Source of the DNA: Candidatus Latescibacterota bacterium
GTDB taxonomy: Bacteria > Latescibacterota > UBA2968
Direction of reading: 5' to 3'
Assembly: GCA_965207885.1 (NCBI GenBank)
Contig: OZ242311.1
Location: 288,001-352,000, forward strand
DNA: 64,000 bases
Under the pieces are notes generated by a model. That model saw only the letters and a list, made by a program, of their open reading frames with translations. It ran no database searches and was not told where the DNA came from. This document shows, in pieces, positions 1 to 9,824 of the stretch (within the stretch, counting starts at the first letter, position 1; each line of letters begins with the position of its first letter). The position numbers and the translations under genes were made by a program.

Positions 1-690
1 GTCATCATAACCCACCTCTTTGAGCGTCGCGACCAATTTTGCCCAATCCCAGTTCCCCAGCCCACACGCCATGCGATTGTTATCCGCCACGTGAAAATCC
101 ACCAGCCGGTCGCCGGCATCTCGGATAGCTTGATACGGGTCTGCCTCTTCGATATTGATATGAAAAGCATCTAAACACACCCCGCAATTCGCACCCGTCG
201 CCTCTGATAGGGCAAGCGCCTGAGCACCCCGGGTAATAAAATACGTCTCAAACCGATTGATGGGTTCAATCGCCAGGCGAACCCCCTCTCTTTCGGAATG
301 ATCGTAAACCTCCTGCATGCCCGCCACAGCCCATTGCCATTCCTCATCGGGTGTGGCATCCGGTTCGATTTTTCCCACAGTAGCCGGCACCACAGTCAGC
401 TCGTACCCATCGAGTTCCTTAACCATCGTAACACAGTCCTTGACGTATTGCACGGATTGTGCCCGAATCCCCGCATCTTTGGCCAGCATATTGCGGTCAC
501 CCATCATCAACGTCACCGCCCCCCAGCAGCGGATATTGTACTCATTGAGCAAAGCACGCACTTCTGACGTATCATACCGCTCGGGTTCACCGCTAAGCTC
601 AATACTCTCGTACCCAAATTTTGCCAACCTCTCAAGCGTAACTTCGAGAGACTCCGAGCGCATCCAATTGTGCATAGATAAGTGCATCAT
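1..690 (-). CDS. Sugar phosphate isomerase/epimerase (xylose isomerase-like TIM barrel), 3' end outside window
   Basis: Manual translation MMHLSMHNWMRSESLEVTLERLAKFGYESIELSGEP...LAIEPINRFE...LDAFH...FHVADNNR; start overlaps the upstream stop (TGATG). Not in the ORF track. Confidence 0.85.
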   Translation of the reverse strand, partial: MMHLSMHNWMRSESLEVTLERLAKFGYESIELSGEPERYDTSEVRALLNEYNIRCWGAVTLMMGDRNMLAKDAGIRAQSVQYVKDCVTMVKELDGYELTVVPATVGKIEPDATPDEEWQWAVAGMQEVYDHSEREGVRLAIEPINRFETYFITRGAQALALSEATGANCGVCLDAFHINIEEADPYQAIRDAGDRLVDFHVADNNRMACGLGNWDWAKLVATLKEVGYDD

Positions 691-1508
691 CAACCTCCCG
701 GAACAATAAGATCCGGCGTATTTTCAACGCGCCCCCACCAGAGAGAGAGATCAAAAGTGGGATCGCCAGTGAGAAAACGCCAGAACTTAATGCGATTCAT
801 AAGTTCAATGCGATGGCGTTGCCCATGCCGGGGAATCTTCTGATTGAGTTTCTGTTTAACCTCGGGACTATCGAGATCGTCGGTATTCCACAGGCGCTGT
901 TGGCGAACCGTGGGATTGAGGCGGAGCTTAAACATATACCGATCTCTATCGGTAAAATTGCTCCTCGCCGAATGCCATATATTGGTATGCCAGAAAAACA
1001 TCGTCCCCGCCTCGCAAACCGCCTGCACCTGTCCTATGATATTTTGATAGCGTTTGATCTCGGCTTCGTGAACCCGGCGAAATTGCGTGCCCGGCACAAA
1101 AAGCGTACCCCCGCTTTCCAGCGGTGTATCTTCTGGAAAAAAGGAAATTTGAATGTCGAAATGCAAATCGCGAATATCGTATTCGGCATCCTGATGCAAA
1201 TTGGCACCCTTGCGCGTATTTGCCGGCGTAAGGTGCGCCGCGTGATGATCGTATCGCGGATTGGGACCCACCAGACTGTGAATAATCGCTGCCACTTTGG
1301 GCAGGCGAAAAACCTTGCCAATAGCTTCATCGGGCCAAACCTCGTTAAAAGACGCGCCCATCGGAGCGCGGCGTCTAATCTTGCCCGCACTCATCTCTTC
1401 GTATGCGGCTTCGCAGAGTTCCCGCGGCACCAGATTGTCAAAACGCAAAAAACCCGTGCTTGCGAACTGCGCCATTTCCACAGACGTGAGCAAAAGATTC
1501 TTATCCAT
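690..1508 (-). CDS. Phytanoyl-CoA dioxygenase (PhyH) family Fe(II)/2OG oxygenase
   Basis: N-terminal F..GFL, HQD facial-triad motif, GGTLFVPGT, distal WHSA and Arg. Confidence 0.85.
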   Translation of the reverse strand: MDKNLLLTSVEMAQFASTGFLRFDNLVPRELCEAAYEEMSAGKIRRRAPMGASFNEVWPDEAIGKVFRLPKVAAIIHSLVGPNPRYDHHAAHLTPANTRKGANLHQDAEYDIRDLHFDIQISFFPEDTPLESGGTLFVPGTQFRRVHEAEIKRYQNIIGQVQAVCEAGTMFFWHTNIWHSARSNFTDRDRYMFKLRLNPTVRQQRLWNTDDLDSPEVKQKLNQKIPRHGQRHRIELMNRIKFWRFLTGDPTFDLSLWWGRVENTPDLIVPGG

Positions 1509-1791
1509 TCATCGCCTCCATTTTTTCCAGGACAAATTCAAAATCGAGATAATCGTTTTCGTATTCGCGCCCAACTTGCGGTGCTTTGATAAAAGGCACC
1601 TGAATAACGCGCCAGCCATCGCGCATCGCATCCAGCACAGAATTATAAGGCGGCTCGGCATCTTCACCTGCAGCCTCAAACATCTCATCAGTCGTCCCAT
1701 CGTAATACGACCAACCAACAACTTCACTCTCCAAACTGGAATTGCCCAGATAGAGAAAGAGAAGTTTTTGTCTCAGTTGTGTTTCGGGCAT
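1501..1791 (-). CDS. Hypothetical acidic 96-aa protein, translationally coupled to PhyH gene
   Basis: ATG with GGAGG RBS; stop overlaps PhyH start. Confidence 0.75.
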   Translation of the reverse strand: MPETQLRQKLLFLYLGNSSLESEVVGWSYYDGTTDEMFEAAGEDAEPPYNSVLDAMRDGWRVIQVPFIKAPQVGREYENDYLDFEFVLEKMEAMNG

Positions 1792-1852
1792 TCACACCCT
1801 CCTCATTTTAAAATGAATATACGGCATACAACAAAAATTTGTCCATATTGAT

Positions 1853-2659
1853 TTATATGAGACCGCCCAGGTCGAGCATATCGCGCGTAATAAGCGGATC
1901 GCCCAGAGGACGGGTGAGAAAGGGACCGTGATAATCTGAACCACCGGAAATAAGCAGATCGTTTTGCTTGCAAAAATCAATATAGTACCTGGTATCAGAA
2001 AGATCATTTACCGAAGGCGAGTAGCACTCGATACCCGCGATGCCAAAGTCGCGCCATTGCATGAGTTGATCTCTGGACATCCGTTCGCCGCCCTGATACA
2101 CATTGGGATGCGCGAGAAAGGGGAAGCCACCAGCGTGTTTGACCGTCTGGATAACGATCTCAGGCGGAGGGCATTCAACGCGCATATTCAGGTGCTGAGT
2201 AATCGCGAAGTACCCGGGAATATCATTGATGATACCCTGGTCAATGAGGAAATTTAACGACTTCCAGCCGCCGCGTATCGGGTCATAAGTATAGGATTCG
2301 TACTGTTCAAAATTGATGCGCGCGTCTTGTTCAGCCAGCAGGCAAACCGTCTCTCGATTGAGGGCGGCGCGCTCCTCGCGGTTGTATGAGAGAAGAGATT
2401 GAAGACCCGAGTGCTCAAAGTCAATGCCATAGCAGGTAATGTGATATTCGCGATCGTACAGGGTCGAGATTTCAACGCCGGAGATACAGTGCATACCACG
2501 CGCTTCGGCTTCGGAAATCATAGGTTGGCTATTCTGGGTCGTATCGTGATCGGTAACCGCAAAAATCGTGATATTGTATTCGGCGAGCAGATTGAGGAGT
2601 TCAGACCGCGTCCATGCACCATCAGAAGCGGTCGTGTGCATGTGGAGATCAATATACAT
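1853..2659 (-). CDS. PHP domain metal-dependent phosphoesterase
   Basis: DLHMHTTASDG, TDHDT, GVEIS, AHP, GGSDYHG motifs. Confidence 0.92.
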   Translation of the reverse strand: MYIDLHMHTTASDGAWTRSELLNLLAEYNITIFAVTDHDTTQNSQPMISEAEARGMHCISGVEISTLYDREYHITCYGIDFEHSGLQSLLSYNREERAALNRETVCLLAEQDARINFEQYESYTYDPIRGGWKSLNFLIDQGIINDIPGYFAITQHLNMRVECPPPEIVIQTVKHAGGFPFLAHPNVYQGGERMSRDQLMQWRDFGIAGIECYSPSVNDLSDTRYYIDFCKQNDLLISGGSDYHGPFLTRPLGDPLITRDMLDLGGLI

Positions 2660-2670
2660 GCAGGTTATTC

Positions 2671-2976
2671 CTATAGCTCATAATCAAACACCAGCACATC
2701 ATCGACAATTGGACGTATAAAAGTCTGGCTAAGTGCTTTGTGATCCGGATGCGGCAAATAGAAATCTCGCGCAACCTCATCCGTAAACCGAATAATAAAC
2801 CCCCAGTCATAGCCGTAATTTTTCCCCTCCGGGCTATTATTATATCCCGCAGTAATCTCCTCCATACCCGGAATACTCCCCTTTTCTTTAAGCGCAATCA
2901 GACCATCGTGGAGCGCCCGGGTCTGTTCCCGCGTAACCCCATCTTTGAGCTTGAGAAGAACAATATGATCTATCAT
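2671..2976 (-). CDS. Dabb family (stress-responsive A/B barrel) protein
   Basis: MIDHIVLLKLK...IPG...YLPHPDH...VFDYE; start refined to ATG at 2976 with AAGGA RBS. Confidence 0.88.
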   Translation of the reverse strand: MIDHIVLLKLKDGVTREQTRALHDGLIALKEKGSIPGMEEITAGYNNSPEGKNYGYDWGFIIRFTDEVARDFYLPHPDHKALSQTFIRPIVDDVLVFDYEL

Positions 2977-2987
2977 AAAAAATCCTT

Positions 2988-5375
2988 TCACGTTACTGCG
3001 CGTTCCCGACGCAAACTGTAAACACACCACAGAACAAGCGCGTAAGCCACAGCGGCAATAAAAAAATTGACAGATATCCAAAATATAATAGAAACAAACA
3101 CAGATAGAGCAGCACACAGCACACCCATAATCCCGTTTAGTGCCCAGAACCACGGCGTATCGTCTTCATAATTAGTCTGAACCAGACGCATACCCGTCGG
3201 AAAAAACAGCCCCATAAGCATCCCCACGGGAAAAATCACCAGAACAGACACCAGTATTTTTGTCGTCGTATCCTCAGCCATCATGTGAGACAACAAATAG
3301 TGGAGAACCGTATTGAGAGCAACAACACTCACCGCCGTTATAACTGGAAAAACATAAATCCACGGCCTTCGCGTAAGCGGAAGATGATCGCTTACAAAAC
3401 TGCCCATACCCGTACTCGCAATAAGCGTAAACAGCAATATACCCAGCGAATAGATGGGGTGTCCAGTAAATACGTTGAGCCGTTGAATCAGGGCAATCTC
3501 CACAAACATAAAAGCCGAACCAATAAGAGAAAAATACAGTGCGCCGAACCAGAAACCGCGTGTTCGCATCAACGTTGTGGGTCTATGGGCAAGCCACAAA
3601 GGCACGCCAATCGTCGCAACAGCGAGCACTCCGAGCACAATCAAAAGCACGAGAAGTGTAGCCAGTGCTCTCAAATTCCCGCTGATAACGCCCTCTTTCA
3701 AGCTCAGCGCAGTCCCTATGTGATTCAACTTCAACATATTAAAAAAATACGGATTGTCATCCGTCGGCGGGCTGTAGTCCAATTCAGCTTGCGCCACAGC
3801 CTCTGCGAGTTGCTCTGTGGATTGGGCAGATAAAATCTGTCTCAAAATGGGTTCGGCAGGCAAATGATCGGGCACATGCACAATCTGATATTGCAATTCC
3901 TCGCACACCTGTCTCAACCGGTTGATATCCCCCTCACCCAGCGGCTGCCGACAAATCAGCAAAGTCGAAATATTGCCTATTGTAATAAGCGCCATATGAT
4001 CGGCTGGTCTTTTTACATCCAGCCGCAAAAGCGACTCAACGCCCAGACTCAGAACGCGACCGGTTTCCCCAATATGTTCGGCACTGTACCAGCGCGACAC
4101 CGTAAAAACACCGTCCTCTGTCAGGCGGCTGAGAAATGTCTGCCAGGCCTCCACAGTATAGAGCGCATTTTCAGACAGAGAAAATGCGCCCGCGCCTGTC
4201 GCTGCCCAGGTATCGATCAACGCCATCTGAATAACGGAAAACTGCGCGCGACTCTGCGACAAAAAACTGCGTGCATCATCCACCACAAAAGTCACATCAT
4301 CCCGATTGGCAAGCCCAGCAAAATCGCGAAACTCATTCTGAAGCAAATCGACAAAAATCGGATTGACCTCAATACCCAGAACAGCGTCGTGACCAAAAAA
4401 GAGCGCACTCTGGATATCCTTCCCCCCGCCCACGCCAATAATACAGGCATTACCCCGTCTATTGAGATAATACCCCACATTTGTGATATCATAACGCAGA
4501 TGTTCAATATCTCTGAGCGAAGCAAACGATCTAATAGCCGTACCCGCTGCACCGTCAATCGTCATCCCATGAAAAAAGATCTTCTCAACCCCTGCTATGG
4601 GACTGCCACCCCAGAGTGGCGGAGGCAAATATTGCTGGCGATAGACAACAACCCGCGAAAAGGAATTCCACCGCTCTAAAATTTGATAGCTAAGCCTTTG
4701 AAACTTCTCCTTCACAAACATCGGGCGAACACCATACGGGGTCTGCGCATTGAGAATCCCCAACAAAAAAAACAGCAACGCGAACGCGATATAACGACGA
4801 ACAGACCGAGATTGTGCAACACGGGCAAAACACGCACCCGCCAGCGCGCCAATACCGCTACACCACAACATCAGACTCGGCGCATCGACTATTTCGAGAC
4901 CTCCCAACACAATCAGACAACCAGCAGAAGCACCTGTTAAATCACTGGCATAAAGCCTGCCAATCGGCGCATTGAATCGCGTCAACACAGTCGTAATAAC
5001 CAGACCCGCATAATAAAACGGCCAGGCGCAGACCAGCGTCGCTACAAAAAGCACGATCAAGCTCAGAATACTTCTGTAAAACCCAATAGGCAGAACGCAC
5101 AAAAGGATCAGAGACGCGGGAATAGACAGCGCAAACCCGACACATGCCCGGGTAATCGCTTCGATCTTATTCTCACCATCAAAGCGACCTCTTTGCACAT
5201 AGACCTGAATAGCCCCCGCGGTCATACCCAGCATGGCAATGGAAATCGAAAAAAATGCCAGATGGTACCAGGTAATAACACTCAGCAGACGCACCAGAAC
5301 AATCTGGATCGCCAGCGACGCCAAAGCGATCAAAAAAAGCCCGAAATAAGCTGCGATTGAACGTTCGTTTTTCAT
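2988..5375 (-). CDS. Multi-pass membrane protein with central spermidine-synthase-like SAM-binding domain
   Basis: TM blocks at both termini; IIGVGGGKD, EVNP, DDARSFL, LYTVEA, PTDDNPYFF motifs. Confidence 0.85.
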   Translation of the reverse strand: MKNERSIAAYFGLFLIALASLAIQIVLVRLLSVITWYHLAFFSISIAMLGMTAGAIQVYVQRGRFDGENKIEAITRACVGFALSIPASLILLCVLPIGFYRSILSLIVLFVATLVCAWPFYYAGLVITTVLTRFNAPIGRLYASDLTGASAGCLIVLGGLEIVDAPSLMLWCSGIGALAGACFARVAQSRSVRRYIAFALLFFLLGILNAQTPYGVRPMFVKEKFQRLSYQILERWNSFSRVVVYRQQYLPPPLWGGSPIAGVEKIFFHGMTIDGAAGTAIRSFASLRDIEHLRYDITNVGYYLNRRGNACIIGVGGGKDIQSALFFGHDAVLGIEVNPIFVDLLQNEFRDFAGLANRDDVTFVVDDARSFLSQSRAQFSVIQMALIDTWAATGAGAFSLSENALYTVEAWQTFLSRLTEDGVFTVSRWYSAEHIGETGRVLSLGVESLLRLDVKRPADHMALITIGNISTLLICRQPLGEGDINRLRQVCEELQYQIVHVPDHLPAEPILRQILSAQSTEQLAEAVAQAELDYSPPTDDNPYFFNMLKLNHIGTALSLKEGVISGNLRALATLLVLLIVLGVLAVATIGVPLWLAHRPTTLMRTRGFWFGALYFSLIGSAFMFVEIALIQRLNVFTGHPIYSLGILLFTLIASTGMGSFVSDHLPLTRRPWIYVFPVITAVSVVALNTVLHYLLSHMMAEDTTTKILVSVLVIFPVGMLMGLFFPTGMRLVQTNYEDDTPWFWALNGIMGVLCAALSVFVSIIFWISVNFFIAAVAYALVLWCVYSLRRERAVT

Positions 5376-5501
5376 AAGCTATAGAAATTCATCCATATAA
5401 TGTAGGGGGGGTGCTCCCGTGCTCGGCCAGAGTTCCGTCTATTCGTCCCGAAGGTACACCCATTCGGCGAAATCATCAAGTTCAATACAGGCATTCTTCA
5501 C

Positions 5502-5933
5502 TTTCCTGTAGGAAGCCACGTCCTTTGGGCGTGGTCAGAGATAGTTGGCTTTGCCGTTAAGCCGTTTTGTGGGTATATTTCGCAGGTGCTATCGTAGCGC
5601 ACACAAAGGCACTCTCTTTTGAGAGTAAACGGTTTCGGTGTGGGAGAGCACACAAAACCCTCTCTGTGATGTTAGTTGAGAGGCAGATTTGGCAACAACA
5701 GCGGTATGGATTGCGGTTGTGTTGTCGTCAAATCTGATGGGCACAGTTAGGGGCCTGACCTCCCAAACCTGCGGTAGCAATCCGCTGCTGTCAACTGCCC
5801 TGAAGTCTCGCCACGCAGTGAGCGGTTTAAACCTAAGCCCTTGCTCGGATATGCTGCATTGCCTCCAATGGGTGGGTCAAGCACCTGGGGGTGTGGCAGG
5901 GACAAGCCACCTGCTCAGCAGGTGGTGGTTGAC
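5502..5933 (+). mobile_element. Non-autonomous, internally deleted IS200/IS605 (tnpB-type) element
   Basis: Left-end hairpin GGAAG-CCACGTCC-TTT-GGGCGTGG (5511-5534) after TTCAC; right-end ACAA-GCCACCTGC-TCA-GCAGGTGGT-GGTTGAC (5902-5933); short TnpB-like peptide remnants (GMDCG..SDG, TSQTC, AAVNCPEVS). Confidence 0.75.
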
Positions 5934-5950
5934 ACTTCCCCTTGACAGCC
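5785..5950 (+). ncRNA. TnpB-type omega RNA (reRNA) scaffold plus flanking guide
   Basis: GTCAAC (5790-95) complementary to terminal GTTGAC (5928-33); stem GTCTCGCCACGC/GTGTGGCAGGGAC; terminal right-end hairpin. Confidence 0.6.
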
Positions 5951-5970
5951 CCAATCCGCAGACCTATATA
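5942..5970 (+). promoter_or_regulatory. Sigma70-type promoter, likely leaderless transcript
   Basis: TTGACA-17-TATATA, 6 nt before ATG 5977. Confidence 0.6.
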
Positions 5971-5976
5971 GGTGTC

Positions 5977-7923
5977 ATGGCTGAAGTCGCTCAAGAACAC
6001 CGACAAAAAGACCCCACTGCACGCGCATTGACCTATAAGTCAATCATCCTGGGACTAACACTTGTACTCGTAGCCGCGCTCGGTGGATTTTACGCACGGC
6101 ACATCTTGCACACAACGCGGCTGGCGCAAAATCACCTGTCCCTCGCCGTGGTATTTCCCTTTGCGATAACCGTCGTATTCTTGCGACACTATCTCAAGCT
6201 CAATCGGGGCGAACTGCTCGTCATCTTCTCAATGGGCCTGATCGCCTCAACCCTGCCAACGTATTTCTTGAGCCGATTAATCGCCAGCTTTTGCGTACCG
6301 TATTATCTTGCTGACCCCACAAATCGATGGGGTGAATTTACACACGACTATCTGCCATCCTGGGCCGTAATTGAACCCGGCCCGGCATTGACGTGGTTCT
6401 TCGAGGGCTTGCCGCGTGGCTCGCCTGTTCCATGGGAAGTGTGGATCGGACCTTTATTCTGGTGGTTGAGCCTGCTCGCCGCACTCTGCGCGGTCTTGTT
6501 GTGTACAGCGGTAATCCTGCGCAAGCAATGGATCGAATACGAGCGACTCGACTACGCCCTCATGGAATTGCCCCTCGCAATGGTCGAGGAAGGCGATACA
6601 CCATCCCGATTGCCGCCATTCATGCGCTCGCCGCTCTTCTGGATGGGCTTTTCCTTTTCGATCTTCGGAATCTTGTGGAACATCGTATCCTATTTTAATC
6701 CCACATTTCCCGTATTTCCCTGGCGATTTGAAGCCATATCCTTCGGGCGAGATTTTCAGGCAATTCGCATGAACCTCTACTGGCCCATTGTGGGATTTGC
6801 CTACTTTATCAACTTAGACGTCTCGTTTAGCATCTGCTTCTTTTATTTTTTAGCAGTCATTGAAGAGGGATTATTCAACCGGTTTGGCGTCATAATTTCA
6901 GAAGCGAACTTCTGCGGCACCTCCTTTGTACCCGTGGGCTGGCAAATGATCGGCGTGTGGTTTACCGTCGTAGGCTGGGGACTTTGGATTGCACGATCGC
7001 ATTTGCGCGATGTCTTTCGCAAAGCATTCAAAGGCGATGCAAAAATCGATGACTCAGACGAATTGCTCTCCTATCGGGGTGCTGTCTTCGGCTTATTGGG
7101 CGGGCTGCTCTACATGGCCTGCTGGTTTTACGCCTCGGGCATGGCCCTGTGGGTAATCGCAGTATTCCTCATCGTCATGATGGTCGTCTATATCGGAATC
7201 TCGCGCATCATCGCCGAAACCGGCGTCATCACCATCCGCGCCGTCATGGTACCGCAAACATTTATCATGTTCACATTTGGCACCACGCGACTATCTGCAC
7301 AAACCATGGTCGCACTCGGCATGTCATTTGGCTGGTGCGGCGACATGAAAACAACACTCATGCCCGCCTTGACCCACTCCGTCCGTCTATTTGACACCAT
7401 TCAACATCACAAACGGCAACTCGTCTGGGCCATATGTCTGGCAATGGGCGTGGGCATTGTCGCATCCTGTTTGTATATCATATCAATGGGGTACGAAGGT
7501 GGCGCGGGCAATTACGGATCGCAAATCTCCGGAGGCTTAGCGCGCGGACCCTGGGATTTTGTGGTCAAATACGCAAGAGACCCCGTCAATCCCGACTGGC
7601 GCAAAATGGCTTTTTTCACCAGCGGCATCGCCTTCGCTGCCCTCCTGTACTTCTTGCGTTACCGCTACACCTGGTGGCCTCTGCACCCACTGGGACTGGC
7701 AACCGGGCCTGCGTATCCCGTGACTCATGTAATCTTCCCCATTTTCCTCGGCTGGTTGAGCAAACTCGCGATTCTGCGTTTTGGCGGCAGCAGAACCTAT
7801 CGCAGTGCCCGACCCTTCTTCCTCGGATTGATAATGGGATACTACGTTGGTGCAGGCATCTCGTTCTTTGTCGATATGATCTGGTTCTACGGGCAAGGCC
7901 ACGGCGTCCCGTTTTCCGATTGA
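5977..7923 (+). CDS. DUF6785/DUF6784-type polytopic membrane protein (putative peptide transporter), copy 1
   Basis: ELLVIFSMG, ILRKQWIEYERL.Y, E.LSYR, WWPLHPLG, PFFLGL motifs; start refined to MAEVAQ. Confidence 0.8.
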   Translation: MAEVAQEHRQKDPTARALTYKSIILGLTLVLVAALGGFYARHILHTTRLAQNHLSLAVVFPFAITVVFLRHYLKLNRGELLVIFSMGLIASTLPTYFLSRLIASFCVPYYLADPTNRWGEFTHDYLPSWAVIEPGPALTWFFEGLPRGSPVPWEVWIGPLFWWLSLLAALCAVLLCTAVILRKQWIEYERLDYALMELPLAMVEEGDTPSRLPPFMRSPLFWMGFSFSIFGILWNIVSYFNPTFPVFPWRFEAISFGRDFQAIRMNLYWPIVGFAYFINLDVSFSICFFYFLAVIEEGLFNRFGVIISEANFCGTSFVPVGWQMIGVWFTVVGWGLWIARSHLRDVFRKAFKGDAKIDDSDELLSYRGAVFGLLGGLLYMACWFYASGMALWVIAVFLIVMMVVYIGISRIIAETGVITIRAVMVPQTFIMFTFGTTRLSAQTMVALGMSFGWCGDMKTTLMPALTHSVRLFDTIQHHKRQLVWAICLAMGVGIVASCLYIISMGYEGGAGNYGSQISGGLARGPWDFVVKYARDPVNPDWRKMAFFTSGIAFAALLYFLRYRYTWWPLHPLGLATGPAYPVTHVIFPIFLGWLSKLAILRFGGSRTYRSARPFFLGLIMGYYVGAGISFFVDMIWFYGQGHGVPFSD

Positions 7924-7931
7924 TTTAAGCT

Positions 7932-9758
7932 ATGAAAACAAACAACGCGAAAGATCGGATCTCCCGCTATTTTCCCTATATTGTGGGCGGGACTGCGGTC
8001 GTGATCCGTTTTTTTTATCTCTGGTCATTCTGGGCCACTCATCCGTTCTCGCAGAAACTCATCTCAGACGCGCGGATATTCGACGACTGGGCACAGCGCA
8101 TCGCCTCGGGAGACTGGCTCGGCACGACTGAAGTCTTCATATTACCCCCCCTGTATCCATATCTCATGGCGGTTGTATATGCCGTCTTTGGACACGCGCC
8201 CAAACTGATCATAGGCCTACAGGCTATCGCCGGAAGTGCCAGTGCCATACTGGTCTATCGCCTGGGCGCGCGGCACTTTGGCGCATACGCGGGATTATTT
8301 GCGGGATTATTATTTGCGAGCTATGGACCGCAACTATTTTACGAAGGCATGCTACTGGGCACATCGGGCGCCGTATTCCTCAGCCTGATAGGATTGACGC
8401 TAATCTCGGGCAATAATAAAACCCACTGGCACCTGGGACTGGCCGGATTGGTCTTTGGACTGGCAACACTCATGCGTCCCAATATCTTATCGGCAATCCC
8501 ATTCTTGCTATTCGGTGTGTGGTGGACCTATCACAAAGCAAAACCGGCAAAACGTTCAATACGACTGGGCGGTTACTTCTTAGGGGGACTCATCCTCCCA
8601 CTCCTCCTGTGCGGACTGCGCAATGGTCTGGTCGCAGACGACTGGGTACTGATGACCGCGCACGGCGGCATCAACTTTTACATGGGCAACCACCCGGATG
8701 CGCCGGGCTGGTTCTCCGCACCTCCTGGTGTGGATGCACAGATCACCCCGGATGGGGCACAGGGCAATTTGGAAGGCCCGCGCCGCGTGGCCGAAAATGC
8801 TCTGGGGCGATCTCTGAAAGCATCTGAAGTCTCTTCCTTCTGGTTTAATAAGGGCCTCGCATTCTGGATAGACGATCCCGTGGGTGCGATAGCCGTGACC
8901 TTGCGAAAAGTTCGCCTATTTGCATCGGGATACGAAGTCCCGCTCAATTACAACTTTTATTACCAGAGAAAATTCTCCGCCCTCCTGCGCTTTCCAATCG
9001 CAGAACTGTGGATATTATTTCCCCTATCCATCGTGGGACTCATCGTCGCAGCCCGGCAATGTGACCGCCATGCCATCCTGTATCTGTGGCTCATTGGATA
9101 TGCGGCAGGCGTATTGGCATTTCACGTATCGTCGCGCTATCGCATGCCCGCAATCCCCATCCTCATGATATTTGCAGGCCTGGGAATATGGACATTGATA
9201 TCCCGTGTACAATCGCAAAAGTGGAAAAACCTCTGCATCAGTGCAGCGGCACTGATCATCCTGTGGACCGGCTACCGCATAGAACTAAACGCACAACTCG
9301 CCCAAAACAACTGGGCCATGGATCCCTTCAATCTGGGCACGGCTTATTTGTGGGCAAACGAAAATGAACCGGCGCGATTATATCTGGAAGAAGCGGAAAA
9401 ATACGGACAGGGCGATGCCGTCTTGTATTACAACCTGGGATTGGCCTACGCACGCACCGAAAAAATGGAAGCCGCCAAAAACGCGTATCAACAGGCACTA
9501 TCTCAGGATCCCGACATGGTGCGCGCGTACGTCAACCTGGGAAACATCTTATTTTTCAAAGAAAAATTTCACGAAGCGATAAACAACTATCGAGAAGCAC
9601 TGAAACGCGACCCCAACACCCACAATGCGCGTGCGAACATGGGCTGGGCATACTGGTCTCTGGGAAAAATAGACGAAGCGCGCAACGCCTGGCGGCAAGT
9701 CTTGCAAACAGCACCCGATCACCCCTCGGCAAAAGCGGGGATGGCGCGCACGCGTTAA
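7932..9758 (+). CDS. GT-C fold (GT39/PMT/ArnT-like) glycosyltransferase with C-terminal TPRs
   Basis: D...FDDWAQRI, PPLYPY, RPN, GGINFYMGN, RYRMP, then YNLG/NLG TPR repeats. Confidence 0.85.
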   Translation: MKTNNAKDRISRYFPYIVGGTAVVIRFFYLWSFWATHPFSQKLISDARIFDDWAQRIASGDWLGTTEVFILPPLYPYLMAVVYAVFGHAPKLIIGLQAIAGSASAILVYRLGARHFGAYAGLFAGLLFASYGPQLFYEGMLLGTSGAVFLSLIGLTLISGNNKTHWHLGLAGLVFGLATLMRPNILSAIPFLLFGVWWTYHKAKPAKRSIRLGGYFLGGLILPLLLCGLRNGLVADDWVLMTAHGGINFYMGNHPDAPGWFSAPPGVDAQITPDGAQGNLEGPRRVAENALGRSLKASEVSSFWFNKGLAFWIDDPVGAIAVTLRKVRLFASGYEVPLNYNFYYQRKFSALLRFPIAELWILFPLSIVGLIVAARQCDRHAILYLWLIGYAAGVLAFHVSSRYRMPAIPILMIFAGLGIWTLISRVQSQKWKNLCISAAALIILWTGYRIELNAQLAQNNWAMDPFNLGTAYLWANENEPARLYLEEAEKYGQGDAVLYYNLGLAYARTEKMEAAKNAYQQALSQDPDMVRAYVNLGNILFFKEKFHEAINNYREALKRDPNTHNARANMGWAYWSLGKIDEARNAWRQVLQTAPDHPSAKAGMARTR

Positions 9759-9824
9759 ATTAAATAGACACCTGATATTACCATCCTTATATTGCCCACC
9801 GTTTTTCATCCATCTGGAGCACGA

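Noticed and set aside
5540-5900. Group I intron/IStron, ribozyme or riboswitch inside the IS605 remnant
   Set aside because: Only a Q-like GCAATCCGC was seen, with no R/S core elements or recognisable aptamer motifs.
5689-5976. 96-aa N-terminal extension of the DUF6785 ORF in the track
   Set aside because: It runs through the IS605 remnant; the paralog and the promoter position indicate ATG 5977.
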